Shown: positions 47,565 through 56,511 of the stretch, in pieces
How positions within the stretch are numbered: position 1 is the first letter of the stretch
Layout of the letters: each line of letters opens with the position of its first letter
Source of the DNA: Rhodospirillales bacterium
GTDB lineage: Bacteria; Pseudomonadota; Alphaproteobacteria; Rhodospirillales; UBA2165
Assembly: GCA_012960465.1 (NCBI GenBank)
Contig: DUBF01000092.1
Span: forward strand, 19,995-83,994
Direction of reading: 5' to 3'
DNA: 64,000 nt
The notes under the pieces: model-generated
Seen by the model: the letters and a program-made list of their open reading frames with translations, nothing else
Told to the model about the DNA's origin: nothing
Databases searched by the model: none
Position numbers and translations under genes: made by a program

Positions 47565-48506
47565 ATGAATAAAGTGCTTATTGTTGATAATGAATTTGAA
47601 ATATATAAAAATCATTTGGAGCCTATTTTCCCCCAGGTAAATTTTTCTTATGCGGTCGATGGAAATGCTGCCACCGAACTTTTGACAGAAACCGAGGTAA
47701 TTATTTCGATTGGTCGCTGGTTGACAGCAGAAATGGTTTGTAAGGCAAAAAATCTTAAATGGATGCAGTGTAATATTACCGGGACCGATCATCTGGATGA
47801 AAGCTTAGCAGGGCGACCGGATATTATATTGACTAACGGACGCGGTATACATGGTCCGCAAATGACGGAGGTGACGCTGCTGCATATGCTGGCGCTTTAC
47901 CGCCAAGTCCGGAGGTTAACAAAAAATCAAGAGACGCATGTATTTGATCGCTTCCTACCTAAAGTCCTCGATACACGGAAGGTTGCAATCCTGGGATTAG
48001 GTTCGATAGCAGAGCATATGGCTAAAACCTTTAAAGCTCTTGGTATGATTGTCTATGGTATCTCGAGAACTGATCGGCCCGTAGATGGCATTGATAAAGT
48101 ATTTTCGCGCGAGAATATCAACGAGGCTGTTGCCGATGTCGACTTTTTAGTTGCATTGGTGCCATATGGCTCGGATACAGATAAAATAATCAACGCGGAA
48201 ACCTTTAAAGCAATGAAACCGTCGGCGTGTCTAATAAATGTTGCAAGAGGTGGAGTTGTCGATGAAAGTGCTTTGATAGTAGCGCTGCGTGAAGGTGAGA
48301 TAGCTGGAGCAGGTTTAGATGTTTATGAAGTTGCCCCTTTACCTGATGAAAGTCCGCTTTGGGATCTGGATAATGTATTTATGACACCATTTACAGGTGG
48401 TCGAAGTGACATGTATGCTGAGCGGATATTAACGGTCATCGAGCCTAATTTGCGGGCATATATTGATGGTAATCTAGATCAAATGATCAATCTAATTAAT
48501 AAATAA
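47565..48506 (+). CDS. D-isomer-specific 2-hydroxyacid dehydrogenase family protein lacking the catalytic His
   Basis: NAD motif ILGLGSIAEHMA and NVARGGVVDE (catalytic Arg region). The conserved TPH(I/A)(G/A) motif reads TPFTGG, with Phe codon TTT at 48390-48392. Confidence 0.8.
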   Translation: MNKVLIVDNEFEIYKNHLEPIFPQVNFSYAVDGNAATELLTETEVIISIGRWLTAEMVCKAKNLKWMQCNITGTDHLDESLAGRPDIILTNGRGIHGPQMTEVTLLHMLALYRQVRRLTKNQETHVFDRFLPKVLDTRKVAILGLGSIAEHMAKTFKALGMIVYGISRTDRPVDGIDKVFSRENINEAVADVDFLVALVPYGSDTDKIINAETFKAMKPSACLINVARGGVVDESALIVALREGEIAGAGLDVYEVAPLPDESPLWDLDNVFMTPFTGGRSDMYAERILTVIEPNLRAYIDGNLDQMINLINK

Positions 48507-48621
48507 ACAGTGACGGTATATTATTCCTTTTTTTAGTATAATCATTTCCTATTTGTAATATTATTTACAATTATGAAACAGTTTAAATTCTATTAAATAG
48601 TGACGGTACAGGAGAGAATTT

Positions 48622-49824
48622 ATGGGTCAGATGTCAGAACGTATTAATAAGCCAATATCGACAGAAGAGCTTGAGCGTCGGTGGGCGGCAATTCGGGTCG
48701 CTATGGAAGAGCAGGGCGTTGATGTTTTATTAATGCAAAATAACAACGATCATATGGGTGGTTATACTAAATATGTCACAGATATACCTGCAACCAATGG
48801 CTATCCTGTAACTATTGTTTTCCCGCGCGATGATGCGATGACGCAGGTTAATCAAGGTCCATTTGATATGGTTAAGGATTTGGATGTAAATGGTTCTGAT
48901 GGGGTGCATCGAGGGGTCAAAACTCTAATGACAACACCTTCCTATGCTTGCGCTCCTTTTACTCGCGAATACGATCCCATGCTCGCCTGTAAAGCTCTTG
49001 AACCATACAAAGATGGTACTATTGGACTTGTTGGGACCTATCAAATGTCCTTCGCGATGGTTGATTATGTAAAACGGCAATTTCCTAAAGCGACTTATAT
49101 TGAGGCTTCTGATCTGGTAGATCAAATTAAAGTTATAAAAAGTGATGAGGAAATTAACTTAATCCGGGGTACTGCGAAACAGCAGGTGGCTTCGATGAAG
49201 GCCGTGATCAACGAAATTAGGCCAGGAATGAAGGATTCTGATGTGGCTGCAGTCGCCCTTCATGCCGGTCACGATCTTGGCAGTGAGCAGGGCGTTTATC
49301 TCTGTCAATCATGGCAAATAGGTTCGCCAACTGCTATTGGTCCGCGTCATAATCAAGACCGTGTTATTCAAGAGGGTGATAGTTTTAATATGCTTGTTGA
49401 AAATAACGGTGCTGGAGGCTATTTCACGGAGATTGGGCGGACGATTGTTCTGGGTGCGGCGACACAGGAGCAGCATGACGAGTTGTCATTTACGCTTGAA
49501 GCGCAACGATTTACGCTTGATCTAATGCAGCCGGGGACACCATGTGCAGAAATTTGGGATAAATATAATGCATTCATGGTTGAAAACGACCGTGATCCTG
49601 AGGGTCGCCTCTACTGTCATGGACAGGGATATGAAATGGTAGAACGTCCGTTAATCCGAAAAGATGAGACCATGACCATTGCCAAGAATATGAACCTTGT
49701 CTGCCATCCTGGCTATGTTAGGGGCAATGTGTATTCGTGGATTTGTGATAATTATATTATTGGTTCAAACGGTCCAGGCGATAGTATTCATGAGATGCCG
49801 CAGGAAATCTTCGAAGTTGGATAA
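48622..49824 (+). CDS. M24-family (creatinase/prolidase-like) protein
   Basis: 400 aa with a creatinase_N-like N-terminus. C-terminal GDSFNMLVENNGAGGYFTEIGRT and CHGQGYEMVERP. SD AGGAGAG. Confidence 0.75.
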   Translation: MGQMSERINKPISTEELERRWAAIRVAMEEQGVDVLLMQNNNDHMGGYTKYVTDIPATNGYPVTIVFPRDDAMTQVNQGPFDMVKDLDVNGSDGVHRGVKTLMTTPSYACAPFTREYDPMLACKALEPYKDGTIGLVGTYQMSFAMVDYVKRQFPKATYIEASDLVDQIKVIKSDEEINLIRGTAKQQVASMKAVINEIRPGMKDSDVAAVALHAGHDLGSEQGVYLCQSWQIGSPTAIGPRHNQDRVIQEGDSFNMLVENNGAGGYFTEIGRTIVLGAATQEQHDELSFTLEAQRFTLDLMQPGTPCAEIWDKYNAFMVENDRDPEGRLYCHGQGYEMVERPLIRKDETMTIAKNMNLVCHPGYVRGNVYSWICDNYIIGSNGPGDSIHEMPQEIFEVG

Positions 49825-49826
49825 AT

Positions 49827-51171
49827 ATGATGATCTCCCAAAATCTGCAATTAAAACTGGGAGTTTTTTTTCAATCCTACCGGTCATCACGTAGCATCTT
49901 GGCGACATCCCGGTGCTCAAATTGATGCCGGTATTAATCTCCAACATTATATAGAGATCACGCAAACGGCTGAGCGTGGAAAAATGGATATGATATTTTT
50001 TCAAGACTCTGTCGCAGTTCGACGAGCTAATATAGAAGCTGTTTCACGGTCAGCATAATATGTCGCTAATTTTGAACCAATTACCTTGCTGTCTGCATTA
50101 GCGATGGTCACGAGCCATATTGGTCTTACCGCAACAGCCTCAACGAGCTATAATGAGCCTTATCATGTGGCCCGAAAATTTGCTTCGCTTGATCATATTA
50201 GTGGGGGTCGTGCCGGGTGGAATTTGGTTATTTCTGTTCAAGATGCAGAAGCTCAAAACTTTGGACGTGACTCACATTTTGGTCATGCTGAACGTTATGA
50301 TCGGGCTCGGGAATTTGCCGAAGTTGTGAGAGGGCTTTGGGATAGTTGGGAAGACGACGCATTTTTGCGAGATGTAGATAGTGGCCTTTATTTTGATCGT
50401 AATAAACTTCATAATTTGGACTATAAAGGTAAACATTTTTCCGTAAAAGGACCGCTTAATGTGCGGCGCCCTCCTCAAGGACACCCGGTAATTGTTCAGG
50501 CCGGCGCCTCCGAAGCGGGAATGGAGCTTGCCGCGGAATTTGCTGAGGTCGTTTTTTGTTCTCCAAATTCGCTGAAAGTTGCCAAAGAGTATTATGCTAA
50601 TTTAAAAGGACGAATGGAAAGATTTGGGCGGGATCCAAATTCTCTTAAGGTTCTTCCTGGTATAAGTCCGATTGTTGGGTCGACAATCAACGAAGCAGAA
50701 GAAAAATTTGATGAAATACAATCTATGATTGATCCAATAGTTGCCAGGGAAATTCTGGGAACTGTTTTAGGTTACGTGGACTTGTCAAATTATGATTTCG
50801 ATGGCCCGCTCCCGGACTTACCCGAGACAAACGCAAGTAAAAGCACTGTGGATGAGTTGATTAAAATGGCCAAGGAAGAAAACCTTACTATGAGAGATTT
50901 AGCCATGCGGGTGGCTGGTGCCAGAGGTAAGCTTGTTATGAAGGGAACACCAAAACATATCGCAGATTTTATGGAAGGCTGGCTGCATGATCACGCAACT
51001 GACGGCTTTAATATTTTACCTTCAATATTACCCGCCTCGCTTGATGATTTTGTCGACTTGGTCATTCCAGAACTTCAGCATCGCGGTTTATTTCGATTAG
51101 AATATGGTGGTAGCACATTACGTGAAAATTTGGGTTTAATGCGACCAGTTAGCCGATATAGTCGACATTGA
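49827..51171 (+). pseudogene. NtaA/SnaA/DszA-type (LLM class) flavin-dependent monooxygenase, disrupted by a frameshift and a premature stop
   Basis: Frame 1 reads MMISQNLQLKLGVFF up to the T8 run (49864-49871). The +1 frame continues NPTGHHVASWRHPGAQIDAGINLQHYIEITQTAERGKMDMIFFQD...SRSA, then TAA (50056-50058), then YVANFEPITLLSALAMVTSHIGL... to 51171. All parts match one continuous family N-terminus. Confidence 0.8.
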
Positions 51172-51218
51172 GTATAATAATGGGCACACAGAGCTTGAAT
51201 TTTTTCGGGATGTTTTCT

Positions 51219-51998
51219 TTAGCGCCACTTCTCAATCCATTCTAGCGTTTTAACTGTGTCACCCGTTGGGACATACTCTAAAGCGACCCATTTGTCATAA
51301 CCAATACGATCGAGTGTTGACAAGAAGCTATCGTAATCAATATCGCCAGTGCCGGGCTCGCCGCGGCCGGGGACATCGGCAATTTGAATATTGCCAATGT
51401 AGGGTAAATATTTTGTAACAGTTTCTTCCATGTGCCCTTCAGTACCATACATATGGTAGGCGTCGAATTCAATTCCGAGGTTTGGGTGATCAATTTGTTC
51501 AATAATACCCATGACTTCTTCTGTGGTCGTCAAAAGAGAGTTGGGGCGTATTTCTGGATTTAAGGCTTCAATAATAACGGGAATGCCAATATCACTCATT
51601 TCTTCAGCAGCAATCCGCATATTTTCTTTGAAGATAGGTAGCGCTTCTTTTTTGGAAACGTCGTCAGGGGGCGCATAAGCTGGGACGACTAAGGCGGATG
51701 GTTTAAGTGCAATACAATAATCTTTAGCGGCAGCTAAATTTTCTCGAAAGGCGCGCTCTTTTCCTGGAGCCGCTGCAACCAGTGGTCCCATCTTAACGCC
51801 CTCGCCAACGGCAATATTTACGACTGACCAATCTATTTCGTTTTTTTCTGTTGCCGCAACAAGTGAAGCAATGGGCATATCATAAACAAAAATAAATTCG
51901 ACGGCATTAAATCCAGCCTTTTTGGCTGCTTTGATACGCTCGATAGGGTCCGTGATTTCATTAAACATCATGGTTACATTGGCGGAAAATTTGAGCAT
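51219..51998 (-). CDS. Hydroxypyruvate isomerase-like / sugar-phosphate isomerase-epimerase TIM-barrel protein (paralog of 27997-28794)
   Basis: MLKFSANVTMMFNEITDPIERIKAAKKAGFNAVEFIFVYD and a C-terminal YDKWVALEYVP motif. Confidence 0.8.
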   Translation of the reverse strand: MLKFSANVTMMFNEITDPIERIKAAKKAGFNAVEFIFVYDMPIASLVAATEKNEIDWSVVNIAVGEGVKMGPLVAAAPGKERAFRENLAAAKDYCIALKPSALVVPAYAPPDDVSKKEALPIFKENMRIAAEEMSDIGIPVIIEALNPEIRPNSLLTTTEEVMGIIEQIDHPNLGIEFDAYHMYGTEGHMEETVTKYLPYIGNIQIADVPGRGEPGTGDIDYDSFLSTLDRIGYDKWVALEYVPTGDTVKTLEWIEKWR

Positions 51999-52080
51999 TT
52001 AATTTATCTCCTTTGGCGCAATAGGTTATGGGGTAGTATGATCATGTGACAATTGAAAAAACAATCGGGAATTATCAAAA

Positions 52081-52491
52081 ATGAAAAAAGAAATTATAGA
52101 GGTCCCTGGTTTTGAAATGCCTACCTTACCAGATGGACGTCCTGTAGTACCAATTTCAATGGCGACTAAAGCTGGTGGTTTTATCTATGTTTCTGGAACC
52201 CCGCCAATTAATCGAGAGACCGGAGAGTTTGAAATATCCGATATTAAAAATCAAACCCGGCAATCAATCGAAAATGTAAAGTATATTCTAGAGACCGCAG
52301 GGAGCTGTCTGGATAATATTCTCAAAGTAACCATCTTTTGCTCTAACTCTGGGTATTTCTCGCAAGTGAACGACGTCTATCGTGAATATTTTTTTCAAGA
52401 TGCGCCGGCAAGGACATTTGTGACGGTAGGTTCATGGATGATGCCTTTTGATTTGGAAATTGAATGTGTTGCTGTTGAAAATTCAATATGA
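52081..52491 (+). CDS. RidA/YjgF/TdcF (endoribonuclease L-PSP) family protein
   Basis: GGFIYVSGTPP..., PARTFVTVG..., EIECVA motifs. 136 aa. Confidence 0.85.
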   Translation: MKKEIIEVPGFEMPTLPDGRPVVPISMATKAGGFIYVSGTPPINRETGEFEISDIKNQTRQSIENVKYILETAGSCLDNILKVTIFCSNSGYFSQVNDVYREYFFQDAPARTFVTVGSWMMPFDLEIECVAVENSI

Positions 52492-52545
52492 CATAAATCG
52501 TCTAATCATTAGTACAAAATAAAAATAATTAGCGGGGACTAAAAA

Positions 52546-53667
52546 ATGGCTAAACCTGGAATAACAAAAGCAACAAGAGGTAAATACGCGGAACAATACT
52601 ATCCTAACACCGAGGAACTTGGAGCTGATGAAATGAGGGTTGTTGCCCTTGGGACCGGACGGCCCTTCTTACGCCGTTCTCAGGCTAATGCTTCTTGGTT
52701 AATAGAGTTGGGGAACGGTGATAAATTTGTTTTTGACTATGGCTTTGGATCACAAATGAATTTTACAGCACTTGAATTGCCTTATAGCGATGTTAAAGCT
52801 TGGTTTACGACCCACCTCCACACCGACCATGTTGGCGATTTTGCTCAAGTTTGGGTTGGATCGTGGGCTGGTGGGCGTCTAGAGCCTCTGGAGATGTACG
52901 GCCCTTCAGGTCTTGAGCCCAAATATGGCTTTAAACATTTTGCAGAAAAACAAATGGAATCTTATGCATGGGATACGGATACACGTGTGGGTGCATTACC
53001 TGCCATTGGTGCTGAAATTAATATTCATGAATTTGATTATTCAAAAACCCATGTAATTTTCGAAGAAAATGGTGTCAAGATCACGAGTTTTCCTGCTGTC
53101 CATCTTTTTGATGGGCCAGTTAGTTTGAAGCTAGAGTGGAATGGTCTAACTTTTGTTTATTCGGGTGACACGACGCCAAGTCAATTCTTCATCGACAATG
53201 CGAAGGGCGCAGATGTCGTTGTTCATGAGACTTTTAATACAATTGAACAGTTGATGGATCGGTCTGGTTACGATGAGAGAACAGCGAGAGCAATTGGCAC
53301 ATACATACATTCCGCGCCACAAGAGGCGGCTGTGGTCCTAAGAGAGGTTAATCCTCGACTTGCAGTGATCTTTCATTTCTTTAACGATTTTGATACTGCG
53401 CCAGAAATGCAGGATAAAGTTCGAGAACATTATGATGGACCACTAGCCATGGCCACTGATTTCATGGTCGTGAATATTACTAAAGATGAAATTGTGACAA
53501 GAATGGCTGAATTTTCTGATCACGTGTGGCCGAATAAAGCTAAACACAAAGGATTTGGAAAAGCTAAGAGAAAGAAGATGACTGAATTATCGCCCTGGCT
53601 TAAAGAAGCCCAGCTCTTTCCAAAATTTCCATCTGATCGCGGTTTGGTTAATGAAGATGAGTTATAA
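52546..53667 (+). CDS. Metallo-beta-lactamase-fold hydrolase (RNase Z / ElaC-like subgroup)
   Basis: VVALGTGRP..., TTHLHTDHVGD (HxHxDH), VVHETF. 373 aa. Confidence 0.8.
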   Translation: MAKPGITKATRGKYAEQYYPNTEELGADEMRVVALGTGRPFLRRSQANASWLIELGNGDKFVFDYGFGSQMNFTALELPYSDVKAWFTTHLHTDHVGDFAQVWVGSWAGGRLEPLEMYGPSGLEPKYGFKHFAEKQMESYAWDTDTRVGALPAIGAEINIHEFDYSKTHVIFEENGVKITSFPAVHLFDGPVSLKLEWNGLTFVYSGDTTPSQFFIDNAKGADVVVHETFNTIEQLMDRSGYDERTARAIGTYIHSAPQEAAVVLREVNPRLAVIFHFFNDFDTAPEMQDKVREHYDGPLAMATDFMVVNITKDEIVTRMAEFSDHVWPNKAKHKGFGKAKRKKMTELSPWLKEAQLFPKFPSDRGLVNEDEL

Positions 53668-53708
53668 AACCACCTTTACGGGCCTTAGGCTTGAATTAGA
53701 TTTTATAG

Positions 53709-54500
53709 TTATTCATTAAGGATTTCATCTACTCTTGGCCATGCAGCAATACCTTTTTCTTTCATGAGTGGAATATATTTTTCATTGATCCATTCATTAA
53801 TAGCGCTGTAATTAGGGCGAGCTTTTATACGATCGTACCAATCGAGGGTCTTAGGTCGGTTTTTAAACAATCCCATGAACTGGAGATGATCCATTCGTGT
53901 GAGGTAAGGTGTGTACGCAATATCTGCTAACGAGTACGTCTTACCCGCAAGCCAGAGATTTTTTGATAATGTTGTCTCCAGATCAGCAAAAAGTTTTTCC
54001 CAACGTTTTATTGCAGGTCTAAAATAGCGTGATTCTATGCCTTTAAATGTTGTATCCAATGATCTTTCGCGCCGTTCTGGTTCCGGGATCAAATTAATAA
54101 AAGCTATGATTTCTTCCTCGGTACGGCCGGCTATCATTTGGTGCCGAAAGGCTACAGTTCCGCTAATCGTGCCAACTGCAGCGTGAAGGCCTTCGTCTAA
54201 CTGTTTTGTCCAGGTTCGAACGCGCGCGCGTTCAACAGGATCTTTTGGGCGGACGCTAGGGTTAGGATAAGCATCGTCAAGATATTCCATAATCACAGTC
54301 GACTCACAAATAATTTGGTTATCGTCTATAAGCGTAGGCACTACCGCACCTGGGTTTAATTTCTTGTATTCAGGTGTTCTAGTATCTCCTTTTCGTAAGT
54401 CCATATGGTGACTTTCCCAATTCAGTTCTTTTTCTGCTAGGGTAAGTCGTACTTTCTGTGCGCAGGTAGACATATCATTATGATAGAGTTCTATAGTCAT
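53709..54500 (-). CDS. Glutathione S-transferase family protein
   Basis: N-terminal thioredoxin-like fold (STCAQKVRL..., VVPTLID..., ESTVIMEYL) and a helical C-terminal domain. 263 aa. Confidence 0.8.
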   Translation of the reverse strand: MTIELYHNDMSTCAQKVRLTLAEKELNWESHHMDLRKGDTRTPEYKKLNPGAVVPTLIDDNQIICESTVIMEYLDDAYPNPSVRPKDPVERARVRTWTKQLDEGLHAAVGTISGTVAFRHQMIAGRTEEEIIAFINLIPEPERRERSLDTTFKGIESRYFRPAIKRWEKLFADLETTLSKNLWLAGKTYSLADIAYTPYLTRMDHLQFMGLFKNRPKTLDWYDRIKARPNYSAINEWINEKYIPLMKEKGIAAWPRVDEILNE

Positions 54501-54524
54501 AGAGTATCCTTCGTTTCTATATTT

Positions 54525-55235
54525 TTAAATTTGTTTGAGATGCTTTACAACTATATTAGTTGTCTGGGAAATATGATTTATAAGTATCTCCGAAGCTCGC
54601 ACAGCATCCCGATCTAATACGGCATCCCGTAGTTTATCGTGATTAGATCCCCGGTTAATTGGATTTGGATGAGCATTGGCCCATGTGTGCCAATAACGTT
54701 GAGCTTGATAAAATAAAGTAGTACTCATTTGCAGAAGTTTCTCAAATTTGCAGGCGGCTATCAGGGCGTCGTGAAACTCCTGATGTAATGTTGCCCATTC
54801 GATATCGGAAATATATGGGCTGCTGCCGGTTAGACGGCTTTCTAAACGCTCAAGACGATAATGGGCCGCAATTATGTTTGCCTCCCACGCATCGTCGCCG
54901 TTTAAAATTGAGTCACTGAGTGCCTCAGGCTCCAGTAAACAGCGAAGCCGCGTAATTTCGTTGATATCAGTTATAGAAATGGGCGCGACAAAAAACCCCC
55001 TTCGATCTTCCATGACCACCAATCCCTCTGCAACCAGGCGGTTTAGAGCTTCACGCAAGGGCGAACTGGAAAAGCCATAGTGTGCTTTAAGTATATCCAA
55101 TTTCAGCTGTAATCCGGGCGTGAGGGCACTTTTGAGAATATCATTTCTCAACCGTAGTAAGGCTTGCTCTGATAAAGGCGCAGTTTTTGCCTCATTGTTC
55201 TCCAACAAAAGTCTGATTTCTCCCAGGTTTTTCAA
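54525..55235 (-). CDS. GntR-family transcriptional regulator (FadR/FCD subfamily)
   Basis: Winged HTH (LREALNRLVAEGLVVMEDRRGFFV) and an all-helical FCD-like C-terminus. TTG start. Confidence 0.9.
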   Translation of the reverse strand: MKNLGEIRLLLENNEAKTAPLSEQALLRLRNDILKSALTPGLQLKLDILKAHYGFSSSPLREALNRLVAEGLVVMEDRRGFFVAPISITDINEITRLRCLLEPEALSDSILNGDDAWEANIIAAHYRLERLESRLTGSSPYISDIEWATLHQEFHDALIAACKFEKLLQMSTTLFYQAQRYWHTWANAHPNPINRGSNHDKLRDAVLDRDAVRASEILINHISQTTNIVVKHLKQI

Positions 55236-55368
55236 TTATTTTTTTATGTCTGTTTTATTATACTCTAAAACTAATTAATCTTGCATTAAATAATTATCTT
55301 GCAATATTTTATAATTATGCAATATTAAGTAAATATTAAGCAAATGTATCTTTTTAGGGGAATATCCA

Positions 55369-55929
55369 GTGTCAGTTGAAATACATCCAGTTTTGTCGCA
55401 CATGGCATTATTCGCACGCGATGTTGAACGTATGATTGATTTTTACGGAAGAGTATTAGGCTTAAATGTGTCTGATGGTCGAAAGCGGGAGGCGGGGATT
55501 TCACGCGGTGACTCAGAAATTATTTTTTTGAGTAATGAGCCGCAAATTCACCAGCAACTCCAACTATCAGCGGGTTTATTCGATGGTGATGAGTGTAATG
55601 TTGTTCATCAGGTCTCATTCCGCTTGGTTGATTTGACAGAGTTGAGAGAAGTGGCGCGGCGGATTGTTGAAGAGAGACAAATTGATTTAAGCCAACTTGA
55701 TCAATTGGATCATGGTAACGCCTGGTCGCTGTATTTTCGAGATCCCGAAGGTAATATGTTAGAACTTTACGTAGAAACCCCGTGGAAGCTCAAACACCCG
55801 TTTGCTCAACATTTTGATATTATGCAGCCAGATGATGTAATTATTGGGATGACATGTGAACGTGTTCGTGAGTCGGAGGGTGTCGACCCATGGGCAGTTG
55901 CGGCTCAAAATAAAATGGCTGATGCTTAA
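55369..55929 (+). CDS. VOC (glyoxalase/bleomycin-resistance/dioxygenase) family protein
   Basis: LSHMALFARDVERMIDFYGRVLGL... and YFRDPEGNMLELY motifs. GTG start. Confidence 0.75.
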   Translation: MSVEIHPVLSHMALFARDVERMIDFYGRVLGLNVSDGRKREAGISRGDSEIIFLSNEPQIHQQLQLSAGLFDGDECNVVHQVSFRLVDLTELREVARRIVEERQIDLSQLDQLDHGNAWSLYFRDPEGNMLELYVETPWKLKHPFAQHFDIMQPDDVIIGMTCERVRESEGVDPWAVAAQNKMADA

Positions 55930-55930
55930 T

Positions 55931-56446
55931 TTATTCGTCATAATCAACCAGTGTTGAGCATGGTATATCTAGTTTCTTTCGGCCATTTAAGAAGTTTAAT
56001 TCAATGATACAGGCGCTACCAATGACATCGGCACCAACTTTTCTCAGAAGCTCAGTAGCCGCTAACATGGTGCCGCCAGTGGCAAGTAAGTCATCTAATA
56101 ACACAATTTTTTCACCAGGTTTAACGGCGTCTTCTTGAATTTCTAAAATATCCGTACCATACTCCAACTGATATTCATATTTAACACACGGTCCCGGAAG
56201 TTTTCCTTGTTTTCGTACCATTGTAAAACCGAGGCCAAGCTCTAGAGCGAGTGGTGCTGCTAAGAGAAAACCTCTCGATTCAATACCTGCTAATAGATCC
56301 GGTTTGAGAGGTGCCACTTCTTTTACTAATTCGTTAATTGCAAATTGCCAGGCATCGGCATTGGCTAGTAGGGTTGAGATATCATAGAATAAAATTCCAG
56401 GTTTAGGAAAATCTGGTATGCCTCTGATATGATTTTTGATATCCAT
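55931..56446 (-). CDS. apt: Adenine phosphoribosyltransferase
   Basis: [18 protein letters not shown] and the PRPP motif [12 protein letters not shown]. 171 aa. Confidence 0.9.
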   Translation of the reverse strand: MDIKNHIRGIPDFPKPGILFYDISTLLANADAWQFAINELVKEVAPLKPDLLAGIESRGFLLAAPLALELGLGFTMVRKQGKLPGPCVKYEYQLEYGTDILEIQEDAVKPGEKIVLLDDLLATGGTMLAATELLRKVGADVIGSACIIELNFLNGRKKLDIPCSTLVDYDE

Positions 56447-56511
56447 GGACTTGTTTCTGCCTTTCTATCTTGATTAATATTATAATTCTATCGTAGCAAT
56501 ACAGGTTTATC

